The notes below the pieces were generated by a model. The model saw only the letters and a program-made list of their open reading frames with translations, was not told the origin of the DNA and made no database searches. Made by a program: the position numbers and the translations under genes. This document shows positions 26,026-34,987 of a DNA stretch of 64,000 nucleotides, in pieces. Positions within the stretch are counted from its first letter, which is position 1; each line of letters begins with the position of its first letter. Source of the stretch: a virus; the IMG/VR virus record IMGVR_UViG_3300035698_006802, positions 1-64,000 of that record. One strand, written 5' to 3'.

Positions 26026-27652
26026 GGGTCTGAGCATCGACAACTACACGGAGCTATTCCGCAACGCCAAGCACCCGAAGGGCAAACCCGTTGACGTGCC
26101 TGCCTATCTGGAGGGCCACGGGAATCCCGAGGCTGCAGAGCGTTGGCGCGAGGAGCACGAGAAGAACAAGAACAAGTTCAAGGGTGCTTCCGATGAGTCC
26201 GACTCCGAAGCTCGCTTCGAGAAGGGCAAGCCCGCAGATCCCTGCCAGAACATGAGTGAGGCAGAGTGCGCGGAGTGGAAGAAGCAGAATGAACAGCACC
26301 GAGATCAGTTCAAGGGTGCTGCTGAGTCTGACTCCGAAGCTCGCTTTGAAGAGGGCAAGCCCGCTGACCCCACGAAGAACATGAGTCCTGAGGACAAGAA
26401 GAAGTGGAAGGAGGAGAACGACAGGAACCGTGACAACTTCAAGAGCGGGGGAGCTGACTCTGACGATGAGAAGGCAGAGGGTGCAGAAGATCGTGCAGAG
26501 GCTGATGAGGAGAAGGCAGAGGCAGAGCGTCACGAGTCCGATGCAGATCGGTCGGATGCTGCTTCCAAGGAAGCAGGTCAGCGCCAGCGCCTCACCTGGA
26601 CAAACCGAGAGGCAGCTACAGGGCTCTACGGCTACACGAAGGCCACACAGCGGGATGTTGAATCCAGCATCCGCAAGGTGCAGGGTCGTGCAAGCAAGGT
26701 CGCCCGCCGAATCTGGGCCACTGATGAGCGGGTGGCAGAATTCCTGACGACCCACTCCAAGAGGGGCAAGTCTGCTTCAGCAAAGATCCTCTTGTCTGCT
26801 CTCAAGAGTGTGGGCCCCAAGGTTGCCTCCGAGAAGGAAGCACGGAATGTCACACATGATGGTGCTTGGGATGCGTTCAGTGCCATGCGTAAGCTGCTCC
26901 GCTCGGAGCGGGGTCCCGCAGCTAAGGCGTTCGTTCGTGCAGTGACAGAAGACCCTGATGTGTACCTCCCGACACAGCGTGACTTCAGCAAGCTGTTCCA
27001 GATGCTGCTGTCTGTCGAGGATGAGCTTGGCGAAGACTCCATGGTGTTCTCGAAGCTCCAGAAGCTCTGGATTGTCTTCATGGACTACAAGAGGAGTGCA
27101 GAGATTCTTCAGCGTGGTGGGATCGAGATCCCTGTCAACTGGCCCAATTCCAGTGTCAGTGCTGTTGGGAAGGACAAGGGCAAGTACTATTCCCTCATAC
27201 ACGGGATGCGAACGAGCTACCGGAGTCGTGAACGGTTCATCTATGTCATGAACAACGAGGCACAACTTCCGACCCGCATGGTGGAGACGTTGCTCAAGCA
27301 GCTCGACTCCGGCAAGAGGGCATCCGAGACCCACACAGCATCCGACAAGACGGCGGAGTACAGCTGCTACGGCTACGCCCGCAAGACTGCGACCCTGGGT
27401 ATCAATGCCTGTGCAGAGGTCCGGGAGTATGCAGGACACGTCGCATCATCCCTGCACCACCGCAGAACTGCCAAGTACGACAAGATCACCGGGTTCCTCA
27501 AGGAGCACGGCAAGGCGGGGCGTTGCCGCTACAGCAAGCTCCTGCTGTCGAACTACCCTGATGCCCCTGCTGCACTGGGTAAGGCAGCTAGTGAGGAGTC
27601 TCGGGAGGCTTCTTCACCTTCGTCGGTTGACGACTGGCTGGCTTGGGAGTGA
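26018..27652 (+). CDS. large putative virion protein with three ~44-aa repeats
   Basis: Repeats ARFE.GKPADP..NMS....W......R..FKGA; start MSKGLS after AAGGAG. Confidence 0.75.
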   Translation: MSKGLSIDNYTELFRNAKHPKGKPVDVPAYLEGHGNPEAAERWREEHEKNKNKFKGASDESDSEARFEKGKPADPCQNMSEAECAEWKKQNEQHRDQFKGAAESDSEARFEEGKPADPTKNMSPEDKKKWKEENDRNRDNFKSGGADSDDEKAEGAEDRAEADEEKAEAERHESDADRSDAASKEAGQRQRLTWTNREAATGLYGYTKATQRDVESSIRKVQGRASKVARRIWATDERVAEFLTTHSKRGKSASAKILLSALKSVGPKVASEKEARNVTHDGAWDAFSAMRKLLRSERGPAAKAFVRAVTEDPDVYLPTQRDFSKLFQMLLSVEDELGEDSMVFSKLQKLWIVFMDYKRSAEILQRGGIEIPVNWPNSSVSAVGKDKGKYYSLIHGMRTSYRSRERFIYVMNNEAQLPTRMVETLLKQLDSGKRASETHTASDKTAEYSCYGYARKTATLGINACAEVREYAGHVASSLHHRRTAKYDKITGFLKEHGKAGRCRYSKLLLSNYPDAPAALGKAASEESREASSPSSVDDWLAWE

Positions 27653-27785
27653 CCAAAGAAGGGCGTTTGGCCTGACCGGCCGTTGCGTTCTTCTCGATTT
27701 TCTTCTTCCGGCGCCGCATTCTATTTCTGCCCTTACCCATCGGTGGGAATCTCCTCTGTGGTTGCACTGTACACGGCAGGTGCCG

Positions 27786-28271
27786 CTAGGAATCATGGGG
27801 TCTTCTGAAAGAGACTCTAGGGGTTTCTGGAGTCTCTTTCAGAGATGCTAGCAGAAGGCTTCTAGCAGCACCGGGGGGAAGTGCCGCAACCAGATCTCCT
27901 GCCCCTTTGCAGGGGGTGTGGGTGATCTTGGTGGTGAAGAACTTTGAGAATTCAACCCCTAGGGTGCTTTGAAGGGCACCGATGTCAGCATCCTTGACGA
28001 GCTTCAGCTTTGGGTTTGGGACAGTGACTGTGGCTTCACCTTCAGCGTCACCGTTGAAAAATGCTTGCCCCGGAGTGCGGTTCAATTCCTCCAGGGCATC
28101 TTCCCTGAGTACAGTCTTGACCTCATTGAGGGTGCCTGTTGCTGAGGTGATGACAGCAAAGAACACTGTCCCCACTTCGACGTACTCCTCAACAGTGGAA
28201 TCCTCACACAGACCCACAGTCATCCTGTCTAGGATTTGGCGGATCCGGGTGAGCCCTTCCACTGGTGTCAT
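27786..28271 (-). CDS. hypothetical protein
   Basis: ATGA coupling with upstream gene. Confidence 0.65.
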   Translation of the reverse strand: MTPVEGLTRIRQILDRMTVGLCEDSTVEEYVEVGTVFFAVITSATGTLNEVKTVLREDALEELNRTPGQAFFNGDAEGEATVTVPNPKLKLVKDADIGALQSTLGVEFSKFFTTKITHTPCKGAGDLVAALPPGAARSLLLASLKETPETPRVSFRRPHDS

Positions 28272-29152
28272 TTGGGAGCCGTGTAGCAGCCAGGGTGGTA
28301 CATCCCCGTGCCACGAAGCCACTTGGACGGGTCTCCGCGCGAGATCTTGCCCTTACATTTGGTGCACAGGACATCAGCGGACGCGATCATGTCTTGTGCA
28401 GGATCTGTGGCACTGGGTGCCGGTTCTGACTCATTCTCGATGGCATTGAGAATGTCCTCGATGTCGAGGTCATCTTCAGGCTCAGCCTCAGGTGCAGGTG
28501 CAGGTTCCGGTTCCGGTTTTGGTTCCGGTTTGGGCCGTCTTGCTTCTGCATCTCTCTTGTCGAGCTGATCCCCGATCTCAGAGAGTGTTGTCATGAGGGT
28601 GGCCTTGCAGGCTCCAGAGATCTGGCAGCTCTTGCAGACATCAGAGCGAGAGGACCACTCCCCGAAGCAGCGGGTGGCACTGATTGCAAGCCCCTGGATG
28701 TAGGGGTCTACGTTGTAGTTGTTGACCTGTTCTCCCACAGTCCAACAGACGCCTGTACCATCACCGTGGATGCCTACAGGGGTGGATGTTTGTGCTGGGG
28801 CGGGTTCGGGATCCTTGGTGGATTCTTCCACAGGCTCTGGGGTGGTGCCGGGAGAGAGGGTCTGCACCACACCGACCCCTTCATCGGTGAGGTACCAGTT
28901 ACCCCGCGACCGCGAGCCGGTGAGGCCCCGCTTCTTCAGGTTTTTGTTGAATGCCTCGTTCAACCAGAGGCGTGTCTTGGGGCGCCCATTCTGGTCATCA
29001 CCGAACTGATCTTCCTTGAGCCCTAGATCCTTGAGCACCCAATCGAACACTTCCCCGAAAGGAACCTCCTTGCCCGCGATCCCCCCACTAAGGGCGCCCA
29101 GGGCTTGGAGAATTGGGTCTCTGAAGATGGAAGCTGTGGGGGATCGAGTCAC
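28268..29152 (-). CDS. Mrr N-terminal wHTH domain protein with Cys clusters (no nuclease domain)
   Basis: FRDPILQAL...LKKRGL....RGNWYLTDEG. Confidence 0.7.
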   Translation of the reverse strand: MTRSPTASIFRDPILQALGALSGGIAGKEVPFGEVFDWVLKDLGLKEDQFGDDQNGRPKTRLWLNEAFNKNLKKRGLTGSRSRGNWYLTDEGVGVVQTLSPGTTPEPVEESTKDPEPAPAQTSTPVGIHGDGTGVCWTVGEQVNNYNVDPYIQGLAISATRCFGEWSSRSDVCKSCQISGACKATLMTTLSEIGDQLDKRDAEARRPKPEPKPEPEPAPAPEAEPEDDLDIEDILNAIENESEPAPSATDPAQDMIASADVLCTKCKGKISRGDPSKWLRGTGMYHPGCYTAPK

Positions 29153-29179
29153 GCTGTCTCCTGGGGATCCGGTTCACCC

Positions 29180-29209
29180 CTACTACGCGGAATCGAGAGG
29201 TTTGAAACC
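29180..29209 (-). promoter_or_regulatory. class I promoter motif
   Basis: Exact consensus match. Confidence 0.8.
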
Positions 29210-30726
29210 TAAAGCGTGAGGCTCTCGATGATGTTTTCCGAGCTTGAGGTGCCATCGTCAAGGAAGGTCGTACCTTCTGTTGAGATCCAGTAGGTGGGCA
29301 CAGGATCCTTACCGCGTTCAACAGCCATGTCGCGGATTTGCACTCGCCCAGAAGCAGCCAGACGCTTGAGGAGCTTCTTGGTGGCCTTGGGCGTGAGGGC
29401 ATTGGTGCTCGTGAGCTTCGTCCAGGGCTTGTCCTCGATGTAGGGGCCAAGGTTCTGGAAGTCCTCGATGACCTCATCCCTGGTGGGTCCCCAGGTATTT
29501 TCATTCAGGTAGGTGAGGATGCGAAGGGCATCCAGGTAGTCCTGACGGGCTGCACGAAGTGCTGCTCGGACTGCACCCATAAGATTTCCAGCTCGATTTG
29601 GGCTCACTCCCATCTCCTTTGCGATCTGCAGCTTGCTCTCTCCGCGGACCATCATCTTCCAGATGTTGACGTAGCGTTCGGGGTTGCCACCCTTGTAGCG
29701 GCGAATCGCATCCTCGATCTTCGTGCCACCTTCAAGCCAGTAGCAGTCATTGGTCATCCGATCGGTCGCAGAGAAGTCACAGAGCACGAAGATGGAGTCG
29801 GTGTCTTCTTCACCGTGGAGCAGGACTCTCTGATAGTCGGATGCCACCATGGCCTCGGAACCGATACCCCGGACGTTGCCAGCGGCATCTTTTGCCCGCT
29901 CAACAGATGTGCGGGCACCACGCATCACACGGCCGTGTGCATCATGGGAATTCTTGCGGTAGGTCGTATAGGCAGACCGCAGGCACCAGTTCTTCAGCTG
30001 GTAGAGCGTAGGTGCATTTCCGGCTGCCAGGCGGGTGCAGAAAGCATCGCGGTGGATGGCGAGTGTGAGGTAGTTCTGCACACAATCCCACACCTGCCCG
30101 ACCTCGCGCTCCTTGGAGACACCGGGCTCGTACTGGATGGCATCGTAGAGCTTCTTGTGCAGATGTTCACCGCCCCACTTCGATGCGATCCACTCTGCTG
30201 TGACATTGCGGACTGGCTGGAATTCACTGCGGACGAGAGTGGCTGCTGCTACACCCTGCTCGGTCAGTGCCCAGACGGGGCTCTGCCGCCTATTGAACCG
30301 GGTGAACAGGGGCACACTGTTGGTCTTGGGGCGCTTCTTGCCGCCGGTCATGTACTCGACGGAGAAATCCCGATGGATGTACCAGATCCTTCGGTACATG
30401 CTCTCGAACCCATCCCGGTCCATACGACCCCAGAGAGGTACAGGGAGGCTGGCAGGGATGTCGGGGTTGAAGCCTGCAATTCGAAGGATCTCGTCCCGAG
30501 GGGCATCCCGCTTCTTCTGCTTATGCATCACCATAGGGAAATCTACGGGGACTCCGGGGCGGTACCCGGCCTGCTCTGCCATGTAGTAGAGGACAGGCCC
30601 CAAGAGCCGACCACGCAAAACGATCTTAGGTTTTGGTGGTGCTTCCGCTTCTTCTCCTTCAGGAACCAGGTTTTCCAGAGAGTACGGCAGGTCACAGCTA
30701 GGGCTGACACCCTCGAATTCCGCCAT
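29209..30726 (-). CDS. sigma-factor-like / multi-wHTH DNA-binding protein
   Basis: Region-4-like GESKLQIAKEMGVSPNRAGNLMGAVRAALR; WALTEQG and YWISTEG wHTH wings; start uncertain. Confidence 0.55.
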   Translation of the reverse strand: MAEFEGVSPSCDLPYSLENLVPEGEEAEAPPKPKIVLRGRLLGPVLYYMAEQAGYRPGVPVDFPMVMHKQKKRDAPRDEILRIAGFNPDIPASLPVPLWGRMDRDGFESMYRRIWYIHRDFSVEYMTGGKKRPKTNSVPLFTRFNRRQSPVWALTEQGVAAATLVRSEFQPVRNVTAEWIASKWGGEHLHKKLYDAIQYEPGVSKEREVGQVWDCVQNYLTLAIHRDAFCTRLAAGNAPTLYQLKNWCLRSAYTTYRKNSHDAHGRVMRGARTSVERAKDAAGNVRGIGSEAMVASDYQRVLLHGEEDTDSIFVLCDFSATDRMTNDCYWLEGGTKIEDAIRRYKGGNPERYVNIWKMMVRGESKLQIAKEMGVSPNRAGNLMGAVRAALRAARQDYLDALRILTYLNENTWGPTRDEVIEDFQNLGPYIEDKPWTKLTSTNALTPKATKKLLKRLAASGRVQIRDMAVERGKDPVPTYWISTEGTTFLDDGTSSSENIIESLTL

Positions 30727-30871
30727 GTAATGTAGCTCCAAAAAGCCGTTTAAAGCTCGCGAGCGAGCAGGACGACTGTGGACAAGGGGGGTGTGTCGCG
30801 ACGGGGACAAAGAAGGTCAGGACGCGACATCAGGAGTCTATGGGCAGCAATCTCAAAAATCAATCCCTGCT

Positions 30872-30888
30872 CGGTGTTTTTTCTATAG
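30872..30888 (+). promoter_or_regulatory. class II promoter motif CGGT-N7-CTATAG
   Basis: Upstream of 30926. Confidence 0.55.
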
Positions 30889-30925
30889 ACCCTGTGTGAG
30901 TGAGACCTCAACCTGAGAGAAATCC

Positions 30926-31861
30926 ATGAATTCCCGATCACAGACCCTCTTTGCGGTGCGGGTGGCATACCGGTACCTCATGAAGATCGCGGGCAGCGAT
31001 CTCGATATGGATATCCAGGCACGGGGGAGAATCCTTGAAGCTGCAGCGGGGCTTCAGAAGTGGTCCCTCTCCCGCAACCCCAGGGTATTCCTGTCAATGG
31101 GCCCTGCTACCTTCCCCGATGCAGATCCCAAGTGGTTCTCCCCTCGGAACGAGGGAGTCTATGATGCAGTGCGGCGAGGGGCCCTGCGTGTTCTCAGAGG
31201 CGGTGGGGGTGCCGGTGCGGGCACTGTGGATGAGGTGGTGCAGCACGCCATCGGTCTGAAAGACGTTTTCGGGTATGCCGGGAAGAACGATGCAAAGAAA
31301 ATCCTGAATGGGACGATGCTCCCCAAGGGTGTGCTGGGAGTTCTCTACAGGGCAGGCACGCAGGTTGCCATAGATGTGAAGAAGCGGAACACCACCGAGA
31401 AGAAAAACCGGGAAGACGGGCACCCCGTCTTGGTCTCCCCAGGTCAGGAGGGGTCTCCCGGAGTGGGGAGGCACAACCGACGCCCAGAAGACTACTACAT
31501 GGATCTGATGAACAATCCGAAGGGGCAACCTTTCAGGGACTGGGCATCCAGGGTCTTGGGTCTGAACACCTCAAGAGAACAGCGCACACCGATGCAGTCC
31601 GTGATGAGCGCGTGGTTCAAAGACCCCGCCATCACAGGAAAGCAGATGGTGAATGCCATCGTGCAGGACGGTGGGAAATCAATCTCGACTGCCATGGCAG
31701 GGAAGCATCGGGATGCTGCACTCGGAATCCTGGCCAAGGCAATGCGGTCGGATTCCCGGATGCAGAACTGGGTCAACACTTTCCTCGACACACAGCTCAT
31801 GAGTGACCGCCGCGCAAAGAAGCTTGCAGACCGCTACCTAGAGACACGAGAAGTGGCCTGA
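30926..31861 (+). CDS. hypothetical protein, possibly a divergent ECF-like sigma factor
   Basis: VDEVVQ...LYRAGTQVAIDVKKR (region 2-like) and a C-terminal HTH-like segment. Confidence 0.6.
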   Translation: MNSRSQTLFAVRVAYRYLMKIAGSDLDMDIQARGRILEAAAGLQKWSLSRNPRVFLSMGPATFPDADPKWFSPRNEGVYDAVRRGALRVLRGGGGAGAGTVDEVVQHAIGLKDVFGYAGKNDAKKILNGTMLPKGVLGVLYRAGTQVAIDVKKRNTTEKKNREDGHPVLVSPGQEGSPGVGRHNRRPEDYYMDLMNNPKGQPFRDWASRVLGLNTSREQRTPMQSVMSAWFKDPAITGKQMVNAIVQDGGKSISTAMAGKHRDAALGILAKAMRSDSRMQNWVNTFLDTQLMSDRRAKKLADRYLETREVA

Positions 31862-32412
31862 GGGGAGTCCGAGGATCAGTTTGATCCCGACCCTGCTTGA
31901 CAGACTCTGCCGCACCCTCTAATTTCTTGGGGCTGTCTCCCCTCATTCAGAGGAGAGCCTTCGGGGTCTGTGATGCTTTTGGCCGGTTGTCTGGACTGGA
32001 GCTATCCGACTGAGCAGACCGTCGTTGTCTGGGAAACCAGGGCGGAAGGGAACCACCGCTTGGGACAGTGGACACTAGGAAGTGATCAAACAAAGGCACC
32101 TATTATGGGAGGAGCCCTCACCTGCTTGCAGGAAGGACCCTCGGGAACAACATCGACATGGCCCCCTCGGGGCGAGCTATCAGAGTTGAGTCTCTATCCT
32201 TTAGACCCAGTCCCCCTATTCCTCATCCATTCAGACAGAGAAGAGGATCTATATAGGGGAGAGAAGGAGTCCGAAGGACGACCTAATGAAAAAGTTGAGC
32301 GAAGCGAAACGAACAGTGAACGACAAAGCCACCTACATGAGAACTGATAGTAAGAACGACACCAGAGCTAAACGATAAAGAGTCAATGAGATATCCCCTG
32401 GTAGGGGGATGA
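31862..32412. other. long, probably non-coding region with strong purine skew (candidate replication origin)
   Basis: A-rich GAGCGAAGCGAAACGAACAGTGAACGA tract; precedes the replication module. Confidence 0.3.
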
Positions 32413-32799
32413 ATGGATCACCGAAGAGGAAGAGGCCAGATCCGCACAGCTGATGAGCTACAAGCCCTATTAGCTGTTCCTCTCTACTACATCCTCGAAG
32501 GATCTGCCCAGGCAGCTTTTCCGGGGTCATCTACACCAGCACCATCTCCATTTGTACAGGTGGTGCGTGTTGGAAGGATTCATCCTCAACACACGGCTGC
32601 ATTCCCCGTCTATGTGAACTGGAGACAGTGGAATGAACTGGTAGTCCCTGTGCTGTCCAACGACAAGTGGGCAAAGGGATCCCTGATGTTCGTGGGCGGC
32701 ATGTACGAGAAGATCGCCTTGATCGGGAAAGACCTGTGGGGGAGAGCAGTGGCAGACGGTTATGGGTCTCCTGATCAGGAGTTCCCCGAATCCTGCTAG
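32413..32799 (+). CDS. hypothetical protein
   Basis: ORF only. Confidence 0.5.
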   Translation: MDHRRGRGQIRTADELQALLAVPLYYILEGSAQAAFPGSSTPAPSPFVQVVRVGRIHPQHTAAFPVYVNWRQWNELVVPVLSNDKWAKGSLMFVGGMYEKIALIGKDLWGRAVADGYGSPDQEFPESC

Positions 32800-32849
32800 G
32801 TGCCTATGCCGAAAAGTGGGGTATATGGCTTCCGAGGCAAGGAGCCTTG

Positions 32850-33044
32850 ATGGCAAGAACACCCCCCAAGCCTGCACCTAAATGTAAGGATGCAGGGAAG
32901 ATCGTCTGGATAGCCTGTCGTGCAAAGAGCGGTTGTCCGGGGCAACAGGCAGCATTGGTGTGGAGAAACAAATCTGGGGGCGGCGGCTACAATGCCCGCT
33001 ACCGCTGTCAGGTCTGTGGTGGTGCATTCCACATCAACACCTGA
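32850..33044 (+). CDS. small Zn-ribbon protein
   Basis: C-x5-C...CQVC; AAGGAG RBS. Confidence 0.6.
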   Translation: MARTPPKPAPKCKDAGKIVWIACRAKSGCPGQQAALVWRNKSGGGGYNARYRCQVCGGAFHINT

Positions 33045-33058
33045 GGAGGGCTTCCCCT

Positions 33059-33673
33059 GTGAGCTGCATCATGTTCCATGGCCCCAACGCTCGTGAAATG
33101 GTCCTGAAAAGGGCACATGAGTTGGGTCGCCTTCTTGCGAAGCCCTACGGGGATGACGGCTTGAAGGTGGGTACGTCACGACAGATCGTGGAGATGTTGT
33201 CTGCTGTCCCTGTGGGGGACAAGCTGGGTGTTGTTGTGATCGGCCCCATGGACAAAGCTGCATCGTCCGAAGCAGTCGACGCCCTGCTCAAGACATTGGA
33301 GGAGTTCGATAGCAGATACCTGCAACCTCTCCTGTGGGCAACGGATGCTGCCGCTGTGATTGGGACAGTGAGGTCCCGGTGCCTGGAGGAATGGTGTCCA
33401 CAGGAAGGGAATGTCACCCCGGAAAACCCCTACCTGCCAGCAGCAACAGCTCTGTGTGAGGCTGCACTCCGGCGCAGAGTGTCTTCGGTGATCTCTCTCC
33501 TGAAGGAGAACGAAGGCTCGGAAGACATGATCCTGAGAGCAGCTGCTGAAGTGCTTGCCACGAAACAAGATTGGTCGTTGAAAGCCCGGTTGAAGCTTTG
33601 GGAGAACCTAAGGCCCTACCTGAAAACCCCCCGCCCAAGTAGCCGCATGGCTCTTGCGGCATTCCTGGTGTGA
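33059..33673 (+). CDS. holB: DNA polymerase III delta-prime-like clamp loader subunit
   Basis: AVDALLKTLEE and TVRSRC (SRC motif); degenerate P-loop; GAGGAGG RBS. Confidence 0.7.
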   Translation: MSCIMFHGPNAREMVLKRAHELGRLLAKPYGDDGLKVGTSRQIVEMLSAVPVGDKLGVVVIGPMDKAASSEAVDALLKTLEEFDSRYLQPLLWATDAAAVIGTVRSRCLEEWCPQEGNVTPENPYLPAATALCEAALRRRVSSVISLLKENEGSEDMILRAAAEVLATKQDWSLKARLKLWENLRPYLKTPRPSSRMALAAFLV

Positions 33674-33885
33674 CGATGCCTGTGACAAGCATGACGATTA
33701 AGTGCGGCCCCACCCCGAAGCGGCGTCCGCAGATTGGTGATACAAAGGTAGCCAAGGACGGCACGATCCTGGAGCGCCGGCAGTGCTACGCCTTCGCAGG
33801 TGGTCAGTGGTGTGGGATTGTGCAAAACAGTCGAGACGTTGCAGAGTGGGTACCTAAGGAGTCTCTCTGGCCTTGGGAGGAATAG
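33670..33885 (+). CDS. small hypothetical protein
   Basis: Fills the gap between holB and holA. Confidence 0.5.
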   Translation: MTMPVTSMTIKCGPTPKRRPQIGDTKVAKDGTILERRQCYAFAGGQWCGIVQNSRDVAEWVPKESLWPWEE

Positions 33886-34908
33886 GTGGCAAAGGCGACT
33901 GTAGGTTGGCACAACCCACCACCTGTGATGGTGATCTCTGGCAACGAGGGTTTCCTTCGAAGGCAACAGCTGTCCAAGGCCCTGACTGCTGCACGGGTTA
34001 CCGGACGCAGGGTTGAAGACATTGAGGATCCCGAGTCTGGTGCAGTATCTGCCATCTTGGATGCAGGGTTCTTCTTGTCCGAGCCGGTTTTGGTTCTCGT
34101 GAGGAACCCCGACAAGATGGACATGAAGGTCGTCCTAGACCACAGTGAGTCGGGCAGTAAGGAGATCTGCCTTGTCCTCTACTATGAGGGCAAAATCCGC
34201 AGCAACTCCGCACTGGGTAAGGCTTTGGAGGCACTGCCCAAGAGGTTCAAGCTCACATTCCTCAAGCCTGACAAGGACCACCTGATCATGGATCGGGCAA
34301 TCAAGTTCGTCTGCACAGAATCCCAACAGCGTGGCAAGCAGATTGGGACTGGCCTTGCGGAGTCTTTGGTGAAAGGGGTTGGGGATGACCTTGGTATTCT
34401 GTACTTCGAGGTCCTGAAGGCAGCTACCTATGCAGATGCAATGGGGTCTCCTGATGTAATTGAACCCCTGCATGTACGGGCAACGGTTGCGAGGAACAAG
34501 GAAGCTGACATCATCCCCATTTCGGATGCAATGGCACGGGGGTCATCCTTGAGGGTTCTTCGGGAGATGCAGAAGGTCAGGGAGAGGTCAATGGTTCCAA
34601 TTCCGAAGTTGACCTCAAATGTTTGTGCTCTGGTTGGAAGCCAAGCTGCCCGTTGGCTTCATGCTGCAATTATCCACAAACAGGGTGGTGACATGAGTGA
34701 GGGTGCTTCTCGATTGGGTGTCACCCCATATGTCTATAGGCAATACATTCTGCCCCCAGCCCAGCTTTGGGGGCATCGTTTCCTGAAGGGGCTCATTAAG
34801 AAATGTGCCCGCGTCGAAATATCCGCTAAAACGGGGCATATCGATCCTTGGATCGAATTGGAATGTGCTCTCGTGTCGTCATGTCAAAACCTGGCTGCAC
34901 GCGGGTAG
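33886..34908 (+). CDS. holA: DNA polymerase III delta-like subunit
   Basis: ISGNEGFL, FFLSEPVLV, VGDDLGILYFEVLK, C-terminal KTG...LE. Confidence 0.75.
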   Translation: MAKATVGWHNPPPVMVISGNEGFLRRQQLSKALTAARVTGRRVEDIEDPESGAVSAILDAGFFLSEPVLVLVRNPDKMDMKVVLDHSESGSKEICLVLYYEGKIRSNSALGKALEALPKRFKLTFLKPDKDHLIMDRAIKFVCTESQQRGKQIGTGLAESLVKGVGDDLGILYFEVLKAATYADAMGSPDVIEPLHVRATVARNKEADIIPISDAMARGSSLRVLREMQKVRERSMVPIPKLTSNVCALVGSQAARWLHAAIIHKQGGDMSEGASRLGVTPYVYRQYILPPAQLWGHRFLKGLIKKCARVEISAKTGHIDPWIELECALVSSCQNLAARG

Positions 34909-34987
34909 TGTCTTCCCCTCGGGTGTCGGTAGCTTCCCGATAGGCACCCCCTATTGCGAGTCTTCTCCACTCCCCCACCCCATCCGG

